Source of the DNA: Octopus bimaculoides
Lineage: Eukaryota
Length of the DNA stretch: 64,000 nucleotides
Assembly (NCBI RefSeq): GCF_001194135.2
Contig: NC_068990.1
Coordinates: forward strand, 43,465,538-43,529,537
Reading direction: 5' to 3'
Under the pieces are notes generated by a model. That model was not told the origin of the DNA. It saw only the letters and a program-made list of their open reading frames with translations, and made no database searches. Both the position numbers and the translations under genes were made by a program. Shown here in pieces: positions 26,774 through 41,199 of the stretch; position 1 is the stretch's first letter, and the number at the start of each line of letters is the position of its first letter.

Positions 26774-27100
26774 TCATCATCATCATCATCATCATCGTTT
26801 AACGTCCACTTTCCTTGCTAGCATGGGTTGGACGATTTGACTGAGGACTGGTGAACCGGATGGCTACACCAGGCTCCAATCTGATTTGGCAGAGTTTCTA
26901 CAGCTGGATGCCCTTCCTAACGCCAACCACTCCAAGAGTGTAGTGGGTGTTTTTACGTGCCACCGGCACGAAAGCCAGTCAGGTGGTACTGGCAACGACC
27001 ATGCACAAAATGGTGTATTTTACGTGCCACCTGCACAGGAGCCAGTCCAGCGGCACTGGCACGATCTCGCTCGAATGTCTTTACACATGCCACCAGCACA
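26774..27100 (-). mobile_element. Short repeat family B, young copy with (GAT)n tail and internal tandem subrepeats
   Basis: (CAT)n then gtttaacgtccactttcc...; repeated ttttacgtgccacc.gcac...agccagtc units; CpGs retained. Confidence 0.85.
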
Positions 27101-27980
27101 TACATATAAATAACCAAACTGGGGTATAATGGGGAAAATGTTTTGAAAGTAAGGTAACATTGAAATATGAATACAAACAGAATAACATAAATTTTGAGTA
27201 AATTGGACCATAGATTCCTGATATATATATATATATATATAATGGCATGGTTGTGTGGTTAATATGTTTGCTTTGCTGTGACATGGCTTTGAGTGTCTTC
27301 TACTGTATCACTGGATCAATCAATACCATGTGAGAGAATTTGATAGTTTGAAACTGTATGATGCCTATTGTGTGGGTGGGGTGGGGGGACAATGTTTATA
27401 TCGGTCATGATTAAACTGGCCTATGGGACTTCCTGAATAGAGTGCCAATGAAAAAGTACTTTGAAATTTTTTCTTTAGTCGTGTGGTTTGCCTGATGATG
27501 AATCATATCATGTAGTCCACTTCTCGAGAAAAGTTGCCCGTGGCTGGTGTGTTGTGGCTGGACCAAAATGCTTGTTACTACTCAAACAGGTTTTGAGCAA
27601 CATTCTGATGGTCTTCAAGCCACGTCAAAATGCTGATGTTGACATTGTGGCTGATCATCTTGTACTTTTGGATACCTTTGGGTTACAGATGCCCCTTACT
27701 TGAAAAACAGGTAAGAGTTGGCAGCAAGAAGAGCATCCTGTTATAAAATCTCTGTCCAAACCCATAGCAACATTCAGCCTCTTTTAGAGAATTCTTCCTA
27801 TGTTGTTTGTCTCATTAACATAAGTATCTGTCAATGTAGTTTCTCTTTGATTGAATAAACTGCCATGATCTCTTACTTATTCTTATGTATGTGTGTCTGC
27901 ATAAGTATGTATATATATGTGTGTGTGTGTGTGTGTATACACACAATTATTAAAGAGGACAACAAGCATTAAGTAGGCCA

Positions 27981-28140
27981 ATCATCATTTAGCATCTGCT
28001 TTCCATGCTGGCATGGGTTAGACGGTTTGACTGAAACTGGTAAGTTGTAGGGCTACACCAGGTTCTAATCTGATTTGGCATGGTTTCTACAGCTAGATGC
28101 CCTTCTTAATGTCAACCACTCAAAGAGTGTAATGGATGTC
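27981..28140 (-). mobile_element. Short repeat family B
   Basis: atcatcatttagcatctgctttccatgctggcatggg...tttctacagctagatgcccttc. Confidence 0.8.
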
Positions 28141-28149
28141 TTTTTTTTT

Positions 28150-28434
28150 GTTTTTTACTCATTTCAATTGTTGGACTGCTGCCATTCTGGAGCTCCACCT
28201 TCAATAGGTTAATTGAACAATATCAACTCCAGTGTTTATTGTATCGATCTCATTTGCTTACGTGCTAAGTTATGGGGATATAATCAAACCAACACTGGTT
28301 GTCAACTAGTGGTGGGGGACAAGCACAAAGCTACACATATATATTTATAACAGGCTTCTTTCAATTTCCATCTATTAAATCCATTTCAGGTTATAGTAGA
28401 AGACATTTGCCCAAGGTGCCACACAGTGGGACTG
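28150..28434 (-). mobile_element. SINE family A, antisense, head truncated
   Basis: ggactgctgccattctggagc...tatagtagaagacatttgcccaaggtgccacacagtgggactg, ending abruptly in a palindrome. Confidence 0.8.
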
Positions 28435-28789
28435 AATTTATATACAGTCCCACTGTATATAAATATGTGTGTGTATTGTGAAAGTGCATGGCTGAGTGGT
28501 TATGGTGCTGCACTCATGGTTGCTAAATCTTGGGTTCAGTTCTTGAACTAGGCAGCGCATTGTGTTGAACATCATTATTCTGCTGGTCAGAGGGGCAGAA
28601 TTGTTGGCATGTCAGCAGAAATGCCTTAATGTATATCCACCAGCTCTACATTCTGAGTTGAATCTCACCTGCCTGGAGAAGGTAACAGGAAACCACTCTA
28701 GTATTGATCCCAAGTCTAGTCATGTTAGACAAAGTTCTAGTAATCTACTTAACGATGGTAGGTGGGAGTACTGGTCCTCCCTAGTTGTA

Positions 28790-29340
28790 TAGAGAGTGCT
28801 GGAGAAGGTTCACATGCATAGGATATGCCTAAGGACAAACAACTACATATGTTTCATTCATGGTCTGTATCAGAAATTTCCATGGTGACAATGTATGAAC
28901 CAATAAAACGATCTTAAGGAAAGTTAAAATCAGAAGACATTTTGTGATTGACTCTCATAGTGCATTTTCTTTCAGTGCGATATCTCATTATCATCAGATC
29001 ATCTTGCCATTTTTATTTTGTGAACAAAGATAGGATTAAGACAGTGTCAAGACATGGTTAATTTGTTAGAATTGACTTCAGAAATGTTGCAGCCATTACA
29101 GGATGTTTGCAAGTTAGTAATAAGGGAAGCATGACAGACTTTGAAGAAGTGAGAACACTTTGGCAAAAAGCTCTGTCTTCCACATTGCATTGTATGTTCT
29201 GAAGTGACCTATATATACTGGAGGTATTATGGAAGGCAAATAAAACTTGAAAAAAGACTATGTATCAGAAATGCCAATACTATTTTGAATACATGGACAG
29301 AATGGTCTGTCCAGGGAAGACTGTTATGATTTAGGGATGG
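28790..29340 (+). mobile_element. Highly decayed RTE 3' remnant
   Basis: Fragments loosely like RTE C-terminal motifs (ISMVTMYEPIKRS; EVLWKANK). Confidence 0.3.
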
Positions 29341-29421
29341 GTAGTAGTATCTGATACTTGCTGACGAGATACCTAATACTGAGTAAGCATAAAGGTGTCA
29401 GTAAAACTGGTTAGCTAGGTT

Positions 29422-29615
29422 ATCATCATTTAATGTCTGTTTTCCATGTTGGCATGGGTTGGATGGTTTGGCAAGATCAAGTAAGCTACAGGGCTGTGCC
29501 AACTTCCTGTGTTGGCTTTGGCATAGTTTCTATAGCTGGATTCCCTTTCTAATGCCAACCACATTGCATTGTGTACTGAGTGCTTTTTTTATGCTACTGG
29601 CAATAGTGTGGTTGC
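29422..29615 (-). mobile_element. Short repeat family B
   Basis: atcatcatttaatgtctgttttccatgttggcatgggttggatggtttg...ctaatgccaaccac. Confidence 0.75.
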
Positions 29616-32600
29616 TGAGTAACTTGGTTACATAGAAAAAAAAGAACAGGCCAGATGAAAAAGCTCTTGCTTCTAAGTGATGGAGAGCAAGGAGTATTTG
29701 AGAGGTGAAGGCAGCTTTATAGCAAGTGTTGAAAGGCTAAAGTTTAAAAGAGGTACAAGCAGAGATGTCTTGCTATAGAGAAGATACATTGCTACCCCAC
29801 CTTGAGAAGGGAATAAAAGAAGGTAATGATATCAAACCATTATCTAACACCTGTCTGCAATTTTAACAAAGCAGTAAAACAATTGTAAATTCAAGTTAGG
29901 ATGACAATGTAGTACAAAGAAAAACACCTTACAAAACATTATCACCTATCAAGTATTGCAATCATTTTTTTAACAGCTCCCCACCTCTGTTTTACATCCT
30001 TGGTGTCAACTCTGGTGATACACTTGAAGACAGTATTAAATATCTCAGTAGAAAATTGGACTGATTTTTTTTCTCTCCTCTTTTTCGCTTTACTGCCAGA
30101 TTTAGCAATTTTGATCATTTACGTGTGTGTATAGACATGTATGTATACATACATACATACAAGTGTGTGATATAGTAATTTGGTCAAAATGTCCAAGTTT
30201 AGATGAATTGATAATTTCTTCAAATATTGCAAGACTTTAAATCTTGGCACAGATTTAGTTTATCTTAAATGATTACATCATTTCGATAGTTTAAAAAGGA
30301 CTGTCTGAAATGTTGGATACTCCACTCCCAATATACCTCACCATACTTAATCATCATTGTTTAACATTTACTTTTCCATGCTTGCATGGGCTGGGCAGAG
30401 TTTACTGAGGTAGATTTTCTATGACTAGAGGCAGAAATATTTCATTTCTGGTGAGTTACTAACTCTACTTGACATCTCACATATCTAGGATGGTGCTGTT
30501 ACTTATGCATGTATGTCTCATAGACCACACCCCAAAGGCCATTTACATTTACTTTTCAACAACCACTAGCCCATAGGTATGTTGTTTTGTTTCTGGATCA
30601 TGTTTCACTGAATGAAAAAGCTATGTACCACTTCTTCTCCAACACATTTGCCTCTCCTCTCATTGTCCCTACTGTTTTTCATTCCCCATACAATTCATTT
30701 TCCCCCATAACTGCCATCCTTTGAAATTCCTTCTTATCACCCATATTTTTCTTTGAAAATCATTCTCAGAGTATACTAATATTAAAGTGAATCTGTTTTT
30801 TATTTTTTTCTTCTTGTTATTCACAAGAATTTTCTAATTGTAAATTGGTTTTACAAAATAGTTCTTGTTTGTTATGTTTATATTTAATTGCTTTATGTTG
30901 TTTGGATATTCCAGCTGACATTAACAGATTTATTTTTGGAATTGGGCTTTGGTTAGACTGCCAGTCAGAAACATTTGAACTGTTGAAAAATTTTCTTATT
31001 AGACATTTAAGATAATGAATAAGTTTTCAAAAGAAAAAGATGTAAACATTGTTAAAGTAAATAAATTTCTTTCTCTAAAGTAATTCTATGAAGTTTCTTC
31101 AATCTGCTTGTTTTTCAATAATGAAAGAAATAGAGATGTATAAAGTGATGTACAGTCTTCCTTTTCCTCCACTTTCAATTCGTTTTGGCACATGATTTGT
31201 TAATCAAATATGTTTGATGAAGCTTGTATGGTCAACCTCCCTCTGATCTACTATTTGACTAGCAAGTTAAGATAAATCCACAAGATATACTTTCCTGGCT
31301 TGTGACATCTCTATTGAAGGCAGAACCATTTTATGCAAGTGTTTCCTTCAGTTTTCTGTACCTACTGTAATTTTTGAGTATTTAAACAAATTGGCTGCTT
31401 GTTTCTCTGGGATTGGTCAAACCAATGTAGATACCTATGATGAGAATCCAATAAGATTTAAAAATTGGTTAGTTGTCATTTTTTTTTTCAATCTACAAAG
31501 AAACAGCTGAATTAGTGCAGTACTGTATAGGTTATATATATTAAGATATTCATTTCAAGCATTATATAATGTCAATATTTAGATAGAAAAAATTCAAGAA
31601 TAAATGCATAAAGTGCTGCAAAAGAAACTGATTTAAAATATTCACAAGTTATATTATTTTCACATTCTTAAAGTATACTGGAGTCAATTTTAATAGATGG
31701 GCCTCCTCTCTCTAAATTTCAGTCTTTAGGCCTCTATTAGAACTTCTTCCAGTACTGAGAAAATACAAATTATTGTAATTCAAAGAACATTTTTTAGTTA
31801 TTTTTATTGGCTTTTCTAACATAGATTAATCCTTAACATCTTATATGCCATGACTCTGTCCAACAGGACATGAATCTCTGTTCTGAACCCATGAAACTAC
31901 TTGAATCTAAAACTCTCTTTGTATTTGTTTTAAAGGAAATTATGAACTCTCCCTAAACTAAGGGAGAAAATTTTAATCCCTTCCTCTATATTTTAATTAC
32001 ACTTAGTAATGTTTGCTATCAAAATTCACATGTTATGGGACTTTTACAATTTATTTTAAAAAAATTTTTTTTTTAAACAAAACTTTCATACATACAATGT
32101 TGTATCTGAAAGGTGTTACTCAGCTTATCTGTAAATTTCATAATGAAAAAATGTCGGGGAAAAAACATTGGTGTTTTGTTTATATATATTATTGTGAGGT
32201 TTATGTGCCTATGTCTGTTAATAATTGCATTTAATTTATTTACTAACATCTTTTTTTTTTATCACCTTTCTTGAGTGTATATATATTTTTTTAAAGTTAT
32301 AAATGAACTATCATATGTGCAGCATTTATTTTTAGCAAAAATGATTGTTTGCGTTGAAAAACTTAAGTCCTTTCTGCAATACTGCCAATTTTCACAGTAA
32401 TCTAACCACTAGTAAATACATTATAAACATTTGAATAAACAAACTTTTTCGTTTGTGAAATATATTTTTCTGCTCTGTCGTTACTGAGCTTTTAACTTTA
32501 AAATTTTTTAGCAGGATATTAAGAGTTAAAATATTTTTTTAGGTTCGTGTTGATATGGTTACTATACAAATTGGAATTTTTGTTGAAGTATTTTTAATTC

Positions 32601-33829
32601 TCTTTGTATATCCAGTGTGTGTTTTGGTTTTGGGAATACGTATGCTGTATCTCTGCATATCTTAAGAGATGACTAAAAGTGCTGGCATCAGAAAAGGCAT
32701 CCAGCCATGAACCATTGCCTGAAAAAGTCTTGCCCGACATGGAAAAGTAGACTTGAAAACAATGGTGATATCCTTAACCAGTTGTGGAATATAGGAGTGG
32801 CACATATTGAGAGCCATTCATATTGTAGCAAATAATGTGACCAACTCAGTGAGGTAACTCAATGACTTTAGCTTGTATTGATGACACCTTGCAATCAGTG
32901 GTTTAGAACCTGTATTCTCACAATAATTATCTTAGATAAATATTATTAATGCTTTAAAGATATTTGTTTCTTTTGTTATCTTAATGTGAAAACTATTGAA
33001 GAGCACAGTTTAAAGCTGTTTGTCTCTTCAAGAACTTAAAAGTTGAGCAGTCAAGTGTATCTTTCTCTGCTCTACTTCAGTAAACACTGGTGAAATGAAC
33101 TGTAGTGTATTTGGAACAAGAAAAATAGGAAATGATTATCGAGGAAAAAAAAAAATTGATTTTTTTTTTCCATGACTGACTGAACATGATCAATAGTGTG
33201 AACAGTGGTAAACATCAATTACGATGATGGGAGAATACAAATGTTGCTGTTGAGAGGAAAGAATACAGTCAAGGCAGTAAGTGCAGCTTGATTGCATCAA
33301 AACAATTGAGTTGCATCCTTAATAGGATTGGGTTCATTATGGAATCATCAGCAACATAAAGCAGTATTTCTGTTTTGTGATTGGCTCATTTCTTTGTGAA
33401 CCAATTCATGATTCTGGTCATGGAGTTTAATGATATACTACTAGTCACTCTTTACTCAGTATCCAGGCTGACAGACAGCCTACCCAACAAACTTCCTTGA
33501 TAAGATTTTAGATGGGGACCACATGTTTTCAAATCTGAAATCTCTCAGTAAATATGGGATAGCCAAGTCTTGAAATATCAATTTAGCAATGAAAGCTGAA
33601 GGGAACTAAATGTTTTACATCTACTGAAACTATTACACAAATTCTTAAGGAAAATATTTTTCCTGTATTTAGTTTGTATTAATGGTCCAAAAATCTTGGC
33701 TTTCTGTTGTTTTTTTTTTATATATATATAACTACTTTAACCTGTATAATTTCAGTTTTAAGCAGTTTCCATTATATTCTCTTATTAGCAATTTAAGACT
33801 AGGTCTTCAATTATAGCAACTTTCAAATA

Positions 33830-34245
33830 TCAGGTCATCCCATAAGTTCTGTCCGAATTTTGAATAAAGAAAACAAGTTATCAAATGTGGTATTTAATTG
33901 AAATTTAATCATCAATGTACTTTCCCTGATTATCTATGACTTCCTTCCATCTATTTACAAGCTTTTTAATCCCATCAATGTAAAACTCTTTCAGTTTCAA
34001 AGCGAAGAACTCTGAAATGTTAGTTTCGACCTCCTCCTGGCTTGCGAAAGTTATGTCCCCTAAATGCTTCTGTAAGCTACGAAACAAATGGTAGTCTGAA
34101 GGTGCATGGTCGAGAGAATAAGGTGGATGAGGAATTTTTTCCCAGCCAAGCTCTTCGATCTTCTGTGATGTGATCTTTGCAGTGTGGAGTCATGCATTGT
34201 CCTGATGAAACATCACTCCTTTTCGATTCACTAAAGCGGGTCTGC
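33830..34245 (-). mobile_element. Mariner, 3' third with one TIR
   Basis: Minus strand: RPALVNRKGVMFHQDNA*LHT...HPPYSLDHAPSDYHLFRSLQ...NRWKEVIDNQGKYIDD; terminus TA|tcaggtcatcccataagttc. Confidence 0.92.
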
Positions 34246-36898
34246 TAGAAATAACAAATTCCCTCTTAAGCATTTTGTTACTATATTTCTGTTGAAATAT
34301 GCTTCCTTTGCTTCAGTTGCTTTTGAAAATATGGAAAAAGTTTAATAAAATAACTTTTTCATTACTAAGCTACTGTTAAGAAAGAAAAGGCAATGAAACT
34401 TTGATGGCAGGTTTTAATTTAGAGATCACTTTAAAACAGTAAGTTTGTATCATAGAACCAGGAGTGATCTCAGATTGGTATCAAAAAGAGCTAAATTATT
34501 AGCATCTTAAAAATAGAAATGACATGTTACTAAATCTAATCTCAGACACTGTCTAAAAGGCAAACAAGAAAAAAAGGGCTAGATGATCAATGCTTGGACA
34601 CGTTTGATCATAAGATTGCTGTTTCAGAGTTGACTTAAGATTAACAATAATCATAGTGTTATAGGTGTTGTGGAAATAGAGATTTAGATATGACAATATT
34701 TTACAGCAGAAATTTTAATGGAGCGATTCTGTGAAGCATTCTAGTTAAAGGTGTAGATATTGAGAATAATAATTGTGGAGAAAGATATAGAATTGTTAAT
34801 GTTCGTCTGCATTTTAATAATATGAGCAATATTGAAAGATTATGTGGCTAACCAGATGCAAACTTCTTTCAAGCATTGGCCTTTTCAAGAACTGTAGACT
34901 TTCATTTAGACAATTTTTATCTCCATTCCCTCAGAACTTTTCTTATTACGACAATGTGTGTGTGTATGTGTGTACAACCTGTGACATGATCAAGTTGTCA
35001 GTGACTAAACTGACAAACCCCCACCAAGCTTGCTTGGTGAGGAGGGTGATTGTTGAACACCCTGTGGGATGAAAAATAAAATCTGTCAAAAGGGCAGAGG
35101 AACTCATGAGTAGTCAACGGCCATCCAAGAATATGTGTATATGTATATATTGTTTTATGTTATTTTATTTATATTTTAAATTTGATGTATCTAAGTTCAT
35201 ATATTAGGGGGCATCATGACAAAATATTGCAAAGAACTCTAGCAAATAATATCTTCACTTTAAACTAAATATGATTCAGGAAGGTATCCCATCCAGGAGA
35301 CGGAAACTCTGATATAAAATCAGGTCTTTGGTTGCCGAAGGTCTCCTTTACAGGGCTGTACTATCAGCAAACTCTGACTTATCGGGTAGACTAGGCTCTC
35401 CAGCTTGTTTATAGCTACTTGTCTAGGAGATGGAAACCTGTGAAGAAAAAGCCTGAGGTGTGTTGCTCTTGGTATTTTGGCACATATGTGCACCATGTTC
35501 ATGCTATCATTACTTCCAAAAAGTGTAGCTGGTTCAAAACTCAAATCAAATCATAGTTGTGGGTTTTCTGACAACTTACATTTATTCATTCAATACAGTA
35601 CAGCTTCAACTTGCAAAAATCAAAAATTCCTCTGGCTAGAAAACAAATGTGGCAGGGACAGGAAAAGGATATTACTGGAAATCTCTCACAGTCGGCGACC
35701 TTTGGGTTACGGCCATTCCAGCACAGAACTTGTAACTGTGCTGTCCATGTCCTCCAGTCTGTTTAGACAGAGCACTGCTTCCCCAACAGGGGGAGGGGCA
35801 AGAAAAGGATCCTCAAACATTGCTTACTCACCTTAAATTTGGTTTCGATGTATGAGGCTCCGACAACCTATGGGGGAGTCCATCATATATATTACACTCT
35901 TTTCAGTCAGTCCCCGTCTTACACTAATCTGTATTCTCTTATAACCTCCTTCCACATTGTACCTTAAGGATCCACTCTGATACCTCATTACCCCTATTTT
36001 TACCTCTTTCCAGCTCCATCTGATTATTCCCACCCTCTCTTTGCAGCAAGAAACCTGTTCTGTTCTGGTTCCTTCATCTTCTAGCATAATGCTGACCCTT
36101 CGGGGTTCATAGTTTTGCAAACTGCATGACAACTGCACTCGTGGTGATGGCACAAAAAAAAAAACAAAGCACCCAGTATACAGCTAGCCATAGAAACTAT
36201 AATAAAATACACTGCAGCACAATGCTGCCAACCAGTACTTTGAGGGTGAATTTAGTTGATGGAAACAGTTGTATGTGTGAGAGTATCTTTGTGTTTGTCT
36301 TTCCACTGCTTAATAATTGGTTTGGTCTGTTTACATCTCTGTAGCTTAACAATTAACAAAAAGAGGTCAATAGTTAAGACGTATACTGGGGTCAATTTGT
36401 TTGACTAAACCCTTCAAGTTGGTATCTCAGTATTGGCTACAGTCCAATTACTGAAACAAATAAAAGAATAAAAAAATATAGCCATTAAATATAACATATT
36501 CTAGCTTATGCATGAAAGTAGCTATATGTAATCAAAATGCATAAAGAAAGAAATCATGGATAAAATATTTTGACCTTAGGTAATTTCCTGCCACATATTT
36601 GGAAAACATTTTCTAAATCACTTTTGTCATTCTCCAATATTTGTTTGTCTCACTGTCAATCTATGTTCTCTCAGCACTTTATTTTACAAAATAGTATTGC
36701 TGTTCCTGAATCTTCTTTCGCTATCATCCTTCTTACCTCTACCACCAATGCCATTGTTTGAATGTACGTCTACTCATTACTTGCACTTTAAATATTTCTT
36801 GATCCATTCTCAACAACCCATACTCGGCTATATTTCATAAGTCTTTCTCCTTAGATTTGAATTGCTCAGGAAGTCTCCTTATTAAATCTCCTCACCTA

Positions 36899-38108
36899 AC
36901 CAGGTTGAGTCAAAACATTTTCCATATTTCAAGCTTGAATAAATAGTTCAAACAAATTACATACGTAAAGCATTTATTCATCAAAATATATCCCATCATA
37001 TTGTATTGTCTCTTGCTATCATTGTAACAGAGGCTCAGTTCCACACTTATACCATTTGGCTGGTTTAGCGGCAAAAAACTCCATGCACCCATTTTCAACC
37101 TCCATCCATGCAGGACATGAGCCATGACTCCGAAAAGGTTGTAATCTTGTGGTGCAAGGTCTGGGCGAGGCTGCACTTCCAGCCCCTCAAGTTCCTCAAG
37201 TTGATGCTTGGTCACATTGACAGTTTGTGCTGGAGCATTGTCATACTGTAGGAGTGCACATTTTTGATTGACCAGTACCAAGTACTGGGCTTTCAAAGTA
37301 TCATTTACTCACAGCAGCTGTTGAGCATGTAAAGGTTCACAATCACAGCTTGACCATCTAGGACAAGCTCAAAGTGCAACATTTTCTCGACATATCACCA
37401 AACACAATATGACCTTCTGTTCAAACCATCCTTGTTTGACAAAAGGTTCTGAAGCCACTGATTTTTCTTAGGATTACTAAAGTAAATCCATTTTTCATTC
37501 CCATTTGCAATTTGATGCCAAGAGCAGACATCTCAAGGATTTGTCAGCAGTTGTTGAGCCTGGTCATTGGTTAGTTCATGAGGAGCTTCTCAAAAGCATC
37601 TGTTCACAAGGCTGAGCTTATGGAGGTGTCAATTGATGGTGTTTTGTGAAGGACCAGATTCCGACAACAATGTACGAGTGCCTGTGCTTGGTTGTTGATC
37701 AACCATTTCAAACAGGACCTCATCTGCTGCAACAAATCTCCTTGAGTTTGGTTTGTCTTTGAGGCTGGTGTCACCTTCCTTGAAACATCTGAACCAGTTT
37801 TATTCCACACATTTGCTGATAGTTCCTGAGTCTTCAACATCGTTAATTTTTTTTTTACTGCTGCCCTTGCACTCAGTCCTTTTTTTCACAGATTGTGTAA
37901 ATGGCTCTAATTGCAATTTTTTGACCACTCATTATCAAAGCTGTTAAATATAGAATAATCAATTAATGTTTGTATGTTATGTATGAAAATAAAGAATAAA
38001 CAATTCAGCAACATTTGGACAAATTGTATCTAATTAATGATACAATAGAGATACAAGTTGCCAAAAATCATCATTGAAAATCCACAAAAACTTTTGACTC
38101 GACCTGGT
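36899..38108 (-). mobile_element. Near full-length (~1.2 kb) defective mariner with both TIRs
   Basis: Left accaggttgagtcaaaa, right ttttgactcgacctggt (one mismatch), with TA at or next to each end. Minus strand gives WFRCFKEGDTSLKD, QYDNAPA and PDLAPQDYNLF. Confidence 0.88.
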
Positions 38109-40169
38109 ATTGTATCTTCCATTTTTTTCTGTCTTCACTTAAAGAACCATTATTTGAGAAGAGGAGTAAATGAGGGAAGGTTGTGCTGTTCATGCCTTTC
38201 TTGAGAACATTAAAGACAAACTATATCTCAGTTATCTATCTTATTGCTCTAATTCAAAACAGCTTATCTCTGCTGTCCTCTGACCTAGACATATATAAAT
38301 AAATAATAGGAAGTGTTTATAAATAGTATATCAAGTCATTTCTTTCACTGACACATCACATCAGAAATATTGCTACTATATATTATTTTGGATAGTTGTT
38401 GCTGACACTACTTAGATGTTAATATCAAATTTCTAATATCTTTCAAAAAAGAATGTTTCTTCTGTTGTTTTTCATTTTTGTAAATAGTCTAAGCACCAAA
38501 CTAGTTCTTCTTTTTCTCTCTCTCTCTTCTCTTCCTCTTAGACATTGCTGTTACGTAATTTCCATCTATTTTTCTCTCGTTTTTCATGTTTTTCTGTTTG
38601 ATTTGCTACATTTATTTAATATGTCCAGAAATATTAATTTTAATTTGTTTATAACACTCTTTATGATGCAAAAGCAGTGAGGTGAAGAAAGTGAAGCATT
38701 CAATAAAATTCCTATAGTCAGACTTCAGGTCTTGCAAGAATCAATTTTACCTGTAGTTCTCTCTCTCTCTCTCTCTCACACACTCACACTTCCTTTTAAC
38801 ATGATGATATAAGTTCTAGCAATATTCTAGGGTCACTTCAGTCATCAAATCTACTTGTCACTTATGGAAACTGCCATATCTATTCTGCTACAAAGAATTC
38901 TTCACCAGATCTCAGAATACTTTTTTTATTTGTTTCATTTCATTAAACAAGATCAGAGAAAGAAATTACTTTTCCTATGAAATAGTTTCTTGAGATACCA
39001 TGTGTGCCATTATTGCCATCACTCGTGTTACTCATATGACTGAAACAATGCCAAAATTTGTATTGACTGAATGTACCAAAAAAACCACGATATTTTTGGC
39101 ATTGATGCTTTTGGTTTGAGATTGTGTAAACTTTTTTTTTTTACAACATGCCTTCTCCTCATTTGTGTTTTTTACTTCTTATAACTATGGCTTAGAGATA
39201 AGCAGAATGTCTCTTTTAAGCTTAATTTGTTATTGCTGCTTACCCCCAGTCAATCTTGATTGAGAAAAAACTTATAATAAAAGAATTCCATCAATGACAA
39301 ATTCCATCTTATTTGAGATTTCTAAGGATCAGTGTGTCTTTTGTTTAAGGCAATGGTGCTTGCTATGATAGAGGTGTGGCTGTTATTTCTTGCAGGTCAA
39401 GCAACCATGTATAAGCACCTTCAACATCTCTATCCTATGCACATGATTGCATACACACCAAACCTGATAAAATATATAGCTATTTGTGAAAATAGTTTAC
39501 ATCAGTGTGGCTATCGAGTAAAAAAATAGTTTGAAGAATTAGCATAAAAACATTTTGAAATCAATGGATTTATGTTTTAAGTGACACTGTATTAATAATT
39601 CAAATTATTTATAGAATTACCTAGAATGGCTAAGTTGGAAAGTTTAGGCTTTAATACAAATAGCATTCTGCAGCTAGACATCTTTCTTAATGTTAACTAT
39701 TCAACCATGAAATGTAAATGGTATGTATTTTCAATGAAGATAATGTCTGTCTTAAGGTCTTAAACAGTGTTGTCTTCAAAATTAGTAGTAGAAATGTTAG
39801 AAGGTTTTTAATTCTAACAATGGAAATAGTACCATTCCTTCAAAATGAAATGTAATTCAAATCATTTTTGTTTTTTTTAGTTGTAGCTTTAGATTCTTTG
39901 TACCAACTTTTCTTTATAAAATTTCTACTTTTACCTAATTTATCTCTATTGGTTGCATAATTTTATTTGCCCTGTTCATTATATCCTAATGTCAAAATTA
40001 AAGAGTTAGCCTGTAATTATTTTTATCTATTTTTAAAATCTTGTTTATTTTAAGACCATTAAAATGAGTTGCTTGAGAGAATTCTGTCTCTTAGACATGA
40101 TGATAGTCATGATTCATTGTACACAAGCATAGTGAAGCATTCAACAAACACCATAAGTGCCCTCATTAC

Positions 40170-40420
40170 TTAAGGTTTTCCATGCATCTGCACATGTATG
40201 TGTAGGCCATGGTAAGACCAGAAGTTATTCTGGCATGCAAATCTCTCCTCTCCATGATGCTGATGTGTAACCAAGGAAAGGCCACCAACTTGGGCTGATA
40301 CAACTCCAGAGTAGTGTTGTTACATGCATTGTTGTCAGAACACAAATAGCTGGGACAAATGCAATGAGGCATTTTGCTCAACCCGCTAACATTTGTCCTA
40401 CCCTGGATTGGTACATTTTC
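40170..40420 (-). mobile_element. CORE-like SINE family D, antisense
   Basis: Reverse complement contains gtatcagccc...cctttccttgg...catggagaggaga, as at 47690-47750. Confidence 0.55.
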
Positions 40421-41199
40421 ATTGACCATAATGGAGAAAGTTGGAACAAATACCATTCTGCTAATTCATCATCTTGAAGATATGCTAAATGTATTATATT
40501 AGATTGTGAAGCTAATTTAAAGTGGGAAGTTACATAGATCACTGAAGATAAAATAATTCAAATAAATGTATTTAAAAAACAGAAATCACCTTAGAAATAA
40601 TCATTGGATACAGAAAAACCTAATTGTATTTGTGAAATTCAAAATAGGGTAGATCTTAGAAGATATATGTAACAAAATAGTTAAGAAATAATAAAAAGGG
40701 AAGCTGAATATATGTCTAAGAAGTGAATACGGATCTTGAGCATTGGTTGCTATGCGCAATAAACTGCACCGAGACATGCTTACTGATTTTAGTTAAAGAA
40801 TACTTGTGATGGAGTAAGATAATTCAGACACATTGATGAAATGAAGCCATATGAAAACGCACTTTTGTACTATCTATCTATGCTATATTATATAATATGT
40901 GAATGCCTCTAGAGACTCTAGGGTCTTGTAAGGCTGGGCTTAGCTATAGGTTTAGTTCTGGCCATTCCTTCCTGTTAGAGCAGATGGTCACAGCTGGTAT
41001 GTAGATCAAAAGCATACCAGCTGTAACCATCCCAACATTTTTTTTTCCAGACATAGTGTCGCTTGCTCTGTGTGTATGTATGTATACATATATATAAAGA
41101 ATAGGTTTTGGCTTATAAAAGATTAGACTGCTATTTTTAGCTAGTCAAGCGACAGGAAAACAGTTGTTAATCTTTTTAAAATCTGAGCCAGATCCAAAA

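Noticed and set aside
26940-27100. Short spaced direct repeats resembling a CRISPR array
   Set aside because: Internal subrepeats of repeat family B; the intervening segments are homologous to each other; no cas genes.
27494-27612. C/D-box-like ATGATGA...CTGA
   Set aside because: No terminal stem or D'/C' boxes; lies among degenerate repeat sequence.
32543-32638. Good acceptor and donor pair suggesting an extra exon
   Set aside because: T-rich hydrophobic reading, incompatible phase, no homology.
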